Assembly: GCA_963666985.2 (NCBI GenBank)
Contig: CAXXIA010000002.1
Location: forward strand, 2,656,001-2,720,000
Direction: 5' to 3'
DNA length: 64,000 nucleotides
Origin: Spirochaetia bacterium
GTDB taxonomy: Bacteria > Spirochaetota > Spirochaetia > DSM-2461
Shown here: piece after piece, positions 60,876-64,000 of the stretch
How the letters are laid out: each line of letters opens with the position of its first letter
Numbering within the stretch: the stretch's first letter is position 1
Notes under the pieces: generated by a model
Database searches by the model: none
What the model was told of the DNA's origin: nothing
The model's input: only the letters and a program-made list of their open reading frames with translations
Translations under genes and position numbers: made by a program

Positions 60876-62186
60876 TCAGGTTTTCTTGCGGGCAGGCTTT
60901 CCCGAAGCGATCATGAAAATCCAGCCGATAAGGAACAGAACAAAAAGAGCTCCGACGCCGAAACTGTAGGCGATTCTTTCATCGGCGATTCCCAGGATAA
61001 CCGCCAGCCGGGGGAAGGCGCCCATGAGAAAGGGACCGAGAATGGCGGCGAATTTGCCCATCATGTTGAAAAAACCGAAGAATTCGCCCGATGAATTTTC
61101 ATTCGGAAGCAGTGAGGCGAAATAGGATCGGCTGAGTGCTTGAATCCCGCCCTGACTGGAAGCCACAAGCAGGGAAACCGAGAGGAAAATGGGGATAACA
61201 AAGCGTGTTGGAACCAGCGGCATGATTGTTCCCAGGGCCGTAATGACGGTATAGACGATTATGCCCGCGAAGATCATTCGGCGCGCGCCGAATTTCTGGG
61301 CCAGCCTGCCGTAAAGGATGGCGAAGGGAAAGGCGAGAATCTGGATTCCCAGAAGCGCGCCGAGAACCACCATGAATCCCATCCCGATGCTGTCGGCGAA
61401 GTTCGTCGCCATTTTAATGATGGTGTTAACTCCATCAATGTAAAAGAAATAGGCCAGAAGAAAGAGGAAAATCCTTTTATGCTTTTTGATTTCTATAAAA
61501 GTTTTTCCGAGCCGTTTAAAGCTTTCCAGGACCGGTGAAGGAACCGGATCGACGCCATGCTTCTGTTCCACGTTTTTCAGGAAAGGAAATGTGAAAACAA
61601 GCCACCAGAGGGCGGTCAGCGCAAAGCTGATTTTTACTCCGAGAGTCGGCAGCCCGCCGCTAAGATCCATACCGGTAAGAGCGGCGATAACGCCGAGGCT
61701 GATGATGAACGGAATGGTACTGCCGCCGATATATCCGTAGCCGTAACCCATGGACGAAATCATGTCCATCTTTTCCGGCGATGTAACATCCGGCAGGGAG
61801 GCGTCGTAGAAAATATTGGCTCCGGCAAAACCGATGAAGGTGAGAATGTAAAGAATCAGGGCGAAAGCCCATGCGCCGTCGCCGACAAACAGCAGGCATG
61901 CCGTTGCCGCCACGCCGAGGAGCCAGAAGATGGAGAACAATGTTTTTCGAAAGCCTTTGTAGTCCGAAAGAGTTCCCAGCACCGCGGCGAAGAGCGCGAT
62001 GATAACGGCATAAATCATGTTGCCCGTTCCGAGCCAGAACGTGGCCTGCGTGTCGGATAATCCGCCGCTTCGCGCCACTTGTCCGAACCAGAGTGGGAAT
62101 ATCGCCGTTGAAATAACCGTGGAATGGACCGAGTTGGCCCAATCGTAGAGAACCCAGGAACGTTCCGGTTTCGTCAATTTTTTCAT
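60876..62186 (-). CDS. MFS transporter (UMF1/Atg22-like)
   Basis: WVLYDWANS, FYDASL, GYGYIGG, YIDGVNT, QALSRS; start at ATG 62186. Confidence 0.88.
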   Translation of the reverse strand: MKKLTKPERSWVLYDWANSVHSTVISTAIFPLWFGQVARSGGLSDTQATFWLGTGNMIYAVIIALFAAVLGTLSDYKGFRKTLFSIFWLLGVAATACLLFVGDGAWAFALILYILTFIGFAGANIFYDASLPDVTSPEKMDMISSMGYGYGYIGGSTIPFIISLGVIAALTGMDLSGGLPTLGVKISFALTALWWLVFTFPFLKNVEQKHGVDPVPSPVLESFKRLGKTFIEIKKHKRIFLFLLAYFFYIDGVNTIIKMATNFADSIGMGFMVVLGALLGIQILAFPFAILYGRLAQKFGARRMIFAGIIVYTVITALGTIMPLVPTRFVIPIFLSVSLLVASSQGGIQALSRSYFASLLPNENSSGEFFGFFNMMGKFAAILGPFLMGAFPRLAVILGIADERIAYSFGVGALFVLFLIGWIFMIASGKPARKKT

Positions 62187-62338
62187 GAACCTACACTGCT
62201 CTTGTTCTGTTAATGAAATATTAGCATATGAATTTAAAAGAGAAAGAAAAAACTTGACCAAAAGCGGAAAGGGTACGGAAAATGAGAAACTCATGTTTTC
62301 CTTGTATCGTTCCCGGTTTTATCGAGTTTGATGAATAA

Positions 62339-64000
62339 ATGAATATCGGCATCCTTATCAGAGAATCCGGTCGCTTCTATTCCGATCCTCTTCTTTCCGG
62401 CATGCACGATTATTGTTCGGAAAAAGCTCTTGGAATAACCGTGTTTTCCGTCGGCAAGTCCATACCGATGGGCGAACGTTCTCGCTGGCGTGATTTTTTC
62501 CTGAAGCATATGGCGGATTCCCCGATTGACGCCCTCATATGCGTCAGTTCCACATTATCTTTGGATTCCGGAGAACTGCCGCCCGAAGATGTTTTCGCAG
62601 CTTTCGGAGATATACCGAAAGTGAGTATCGGCGTGCCGATGAAATCGGCGGCGCTGGTGTCTTCCGATCCCCAAAAAGGGATTTCGGAACTTGTTGATCA
62701 TATGGCCGATCGGCACGGTTATCGCCGTTTCGGCTTTATCGGCGGTCCCGATTATCATTTGGAAGGGCGCAGGCGCTTCGAACTTTTCCGAAACAAGCTT
62801 CAAGAGCATGGAATTGAGTTCGACGAGAATTGTCTTTTCTCCGGTGATTTCGAACATGATTCCGGCCGGAGGGGAATCGACGCTTTTTTTGAGAGAGGAT
62901 GCCTCGATTCGATGGACGCAATTCTTTGCGCCAACGATCATATGGCTCTGGGCGCATGGAAAAGGCTGCAGCTTCTCGGATATGAAGTTCCCGGCCGAAT
63001 TGCCTTGGCGGGCTTTGACAATGCGGACTTGGAACTGAATACGGAAAATCCCCTGACGACCGTGCATCAGGGCATCCGCAGTTTGGGATATGAGTCGGCG
63101 CGCACCTGCCACGAAGCCTTTCTTGAAAACCGGCCCGCCGCGGATACCGTTATTCCTTCGCATCTGGTCGTGCGGGGTTCCTGCGGATGCCTGCCGAACG
63201 GCCTTCCGGATGATCATTTCTCCGCCGGGCCGGATGGAGAGGCTTCATCCCTTATTGAACAAGCCGTTGAAAAAGTTAAGCGCCGCTTTCGAAACGGGGA
63301 ATTCGAATTCGATGGATTTCGCAGCGATTGGTCGCTTCTGGTAAACCGCTTCCTTCGGAATCCCCTGAAAATCGGTGACATTCTCAAAATCGCATGGAGA
63401 ATCGGAGACGAAGCGGCCGTTTCCGAAGAACGCCGCAGAATCATTGTTTCCACCGCGATACGTATCGCCGTGGAAATTATAAGTCGGGATCGATTTATCG
63501 AGATTTCCGCTTCCAATGAAATTACCGACAGGCTCGATCAGTTCGGGTATAGGGTTTTCGGCCTTGATCGGCATGAAGATTTCGGCGGAATCCTCGAAGA
63601 AGAACTCTTTTCTCTCGGTTTCTCGTTTTGCATGATCGGCGTGTTCGAATCTCGAGACGGATTGTTCGACAGGATACGCCCCATCGCCTGCAGCCGGCAG
63701 AACGGCTGTCCGGAAACTTTTAAGCTTGATGCCGACGGGACGTATTCCACTTCGTCTCTTCTGCCCGACGGAATGATTGGGAAGAACGAAGAGACATTGA
63801 TGGTTTTGCCGCTTGGCCGGGGCGAAGATGCCAGAGGGCTCGCGATTCTTGATTTCAATCCCAAAATGCTTCATCTCTATTCGGGTATCGCCTCGCGTCT
63901 TTCCATGTCGATGCGGATATGGTCCAATATCGAGAGTTTGGAGAATGAGGTTCATCGTCGGCGGCTTTCCGAGGCCGTGCTTTCGGAAACGGTTCTTCGC
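62339..64000 (+). CDS. Signal-transduction protein with N-terminal LacI/GalR-type ligand-binding domain (runs off the window; absent from the ORF track)
   Basis: Open from ATG 62339: MNIGILI...GYRRFGFIGGP...AILCANDHMALG...AGFDN...LTTVHQ...LVVRGSCGC; no N-terminal HTH. Confidence 0.82.
   Translation, partial: MNIGILIRESGRFYSDPLLSGMHDYCSEKALGITVFSVGKSIPMGERSRWRDFFLKHMADSPIDALICVSSTLSLDSGELPPEDVFAAFGDIPKVSIGVPMKSAALVSSDPQKGISELVDHMADRHGYRRFGFIGGPDYHLEGRRRFELFRNKLQEHGIEFDENCLFSGDFEHDSGRRGIDAFFERGCLDSMDAILCANDHMALGAWKRLQLLGYEVPGRIALAGFDNADLELNTENPLTTVHQGIRSLGYESARTCHEAFLENRPAADTVIPSHLVVRGSCGCLPNGLPDDHFSAGPDGEASSLIEQAVEKVKRRFRNGEFEFDGFRSDWSLLVNRFLRNPLKIGDILKIAWRIGDEAAVSEERRRIIVSTAIRIAVEIISRDRFIEISASNEITDRLDQFGYRVFGLDRHEDFGGILEEELFSLGFSFCMIGVFESRDGLFDRIRPIACSRQNGCPETFKLDADGTYSTSSLLPDGMIGKNEETLMVLPLGRGEDARGLAILDFNPKMLHLYSGIASRLSMSMRIWSNIESLENEVHRRRLSEAVLSETVLR

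Overview
This 64-kb bacterial chromosomal window is most likely from an anaerobic spirochaete, an inference from CheX, the lipoprotein-type TRAP binding protein, a spirochaete-style small beta-barrel and a LacI-sensor fusion. Housekeeping and accessory genes include sbcB, MarR/MATE, SDRs, Fe-ADH, a GH9 cellulase, an MCP, TrpB2, NifSU, htpG, proC and ptsP. Four regions stand out. (1) A ~22-kb cluster (33.6-55.9 kb) reads as an anaerobic pyrogallol/phloroglucinol catabolic system. It has two divergent transhydroxylase-family Mo enzymes and three near-identical MerR-type promoters with 19-bp spacers. (2) A complete IS110-family (IS1111-type) element has a downstream non-coding RNA whose guide segments match its own insertion site and donor junction (bridge/seek RNA). 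(3) An IS21 element with a 5-bp TSD splits a CLec/DUF1566-type lipoprotein whose C-terminus resembles a DGR variable region; no RT or TR is seen in the window. (4) Several families of palindromic intergenic repeats are present, including 34-nt tandem units made of a constant linker plus a variable hairpin. No rRNA, tRNA or CRISPR array was seen. All family calls come from motif recognition by eye, not database searches.
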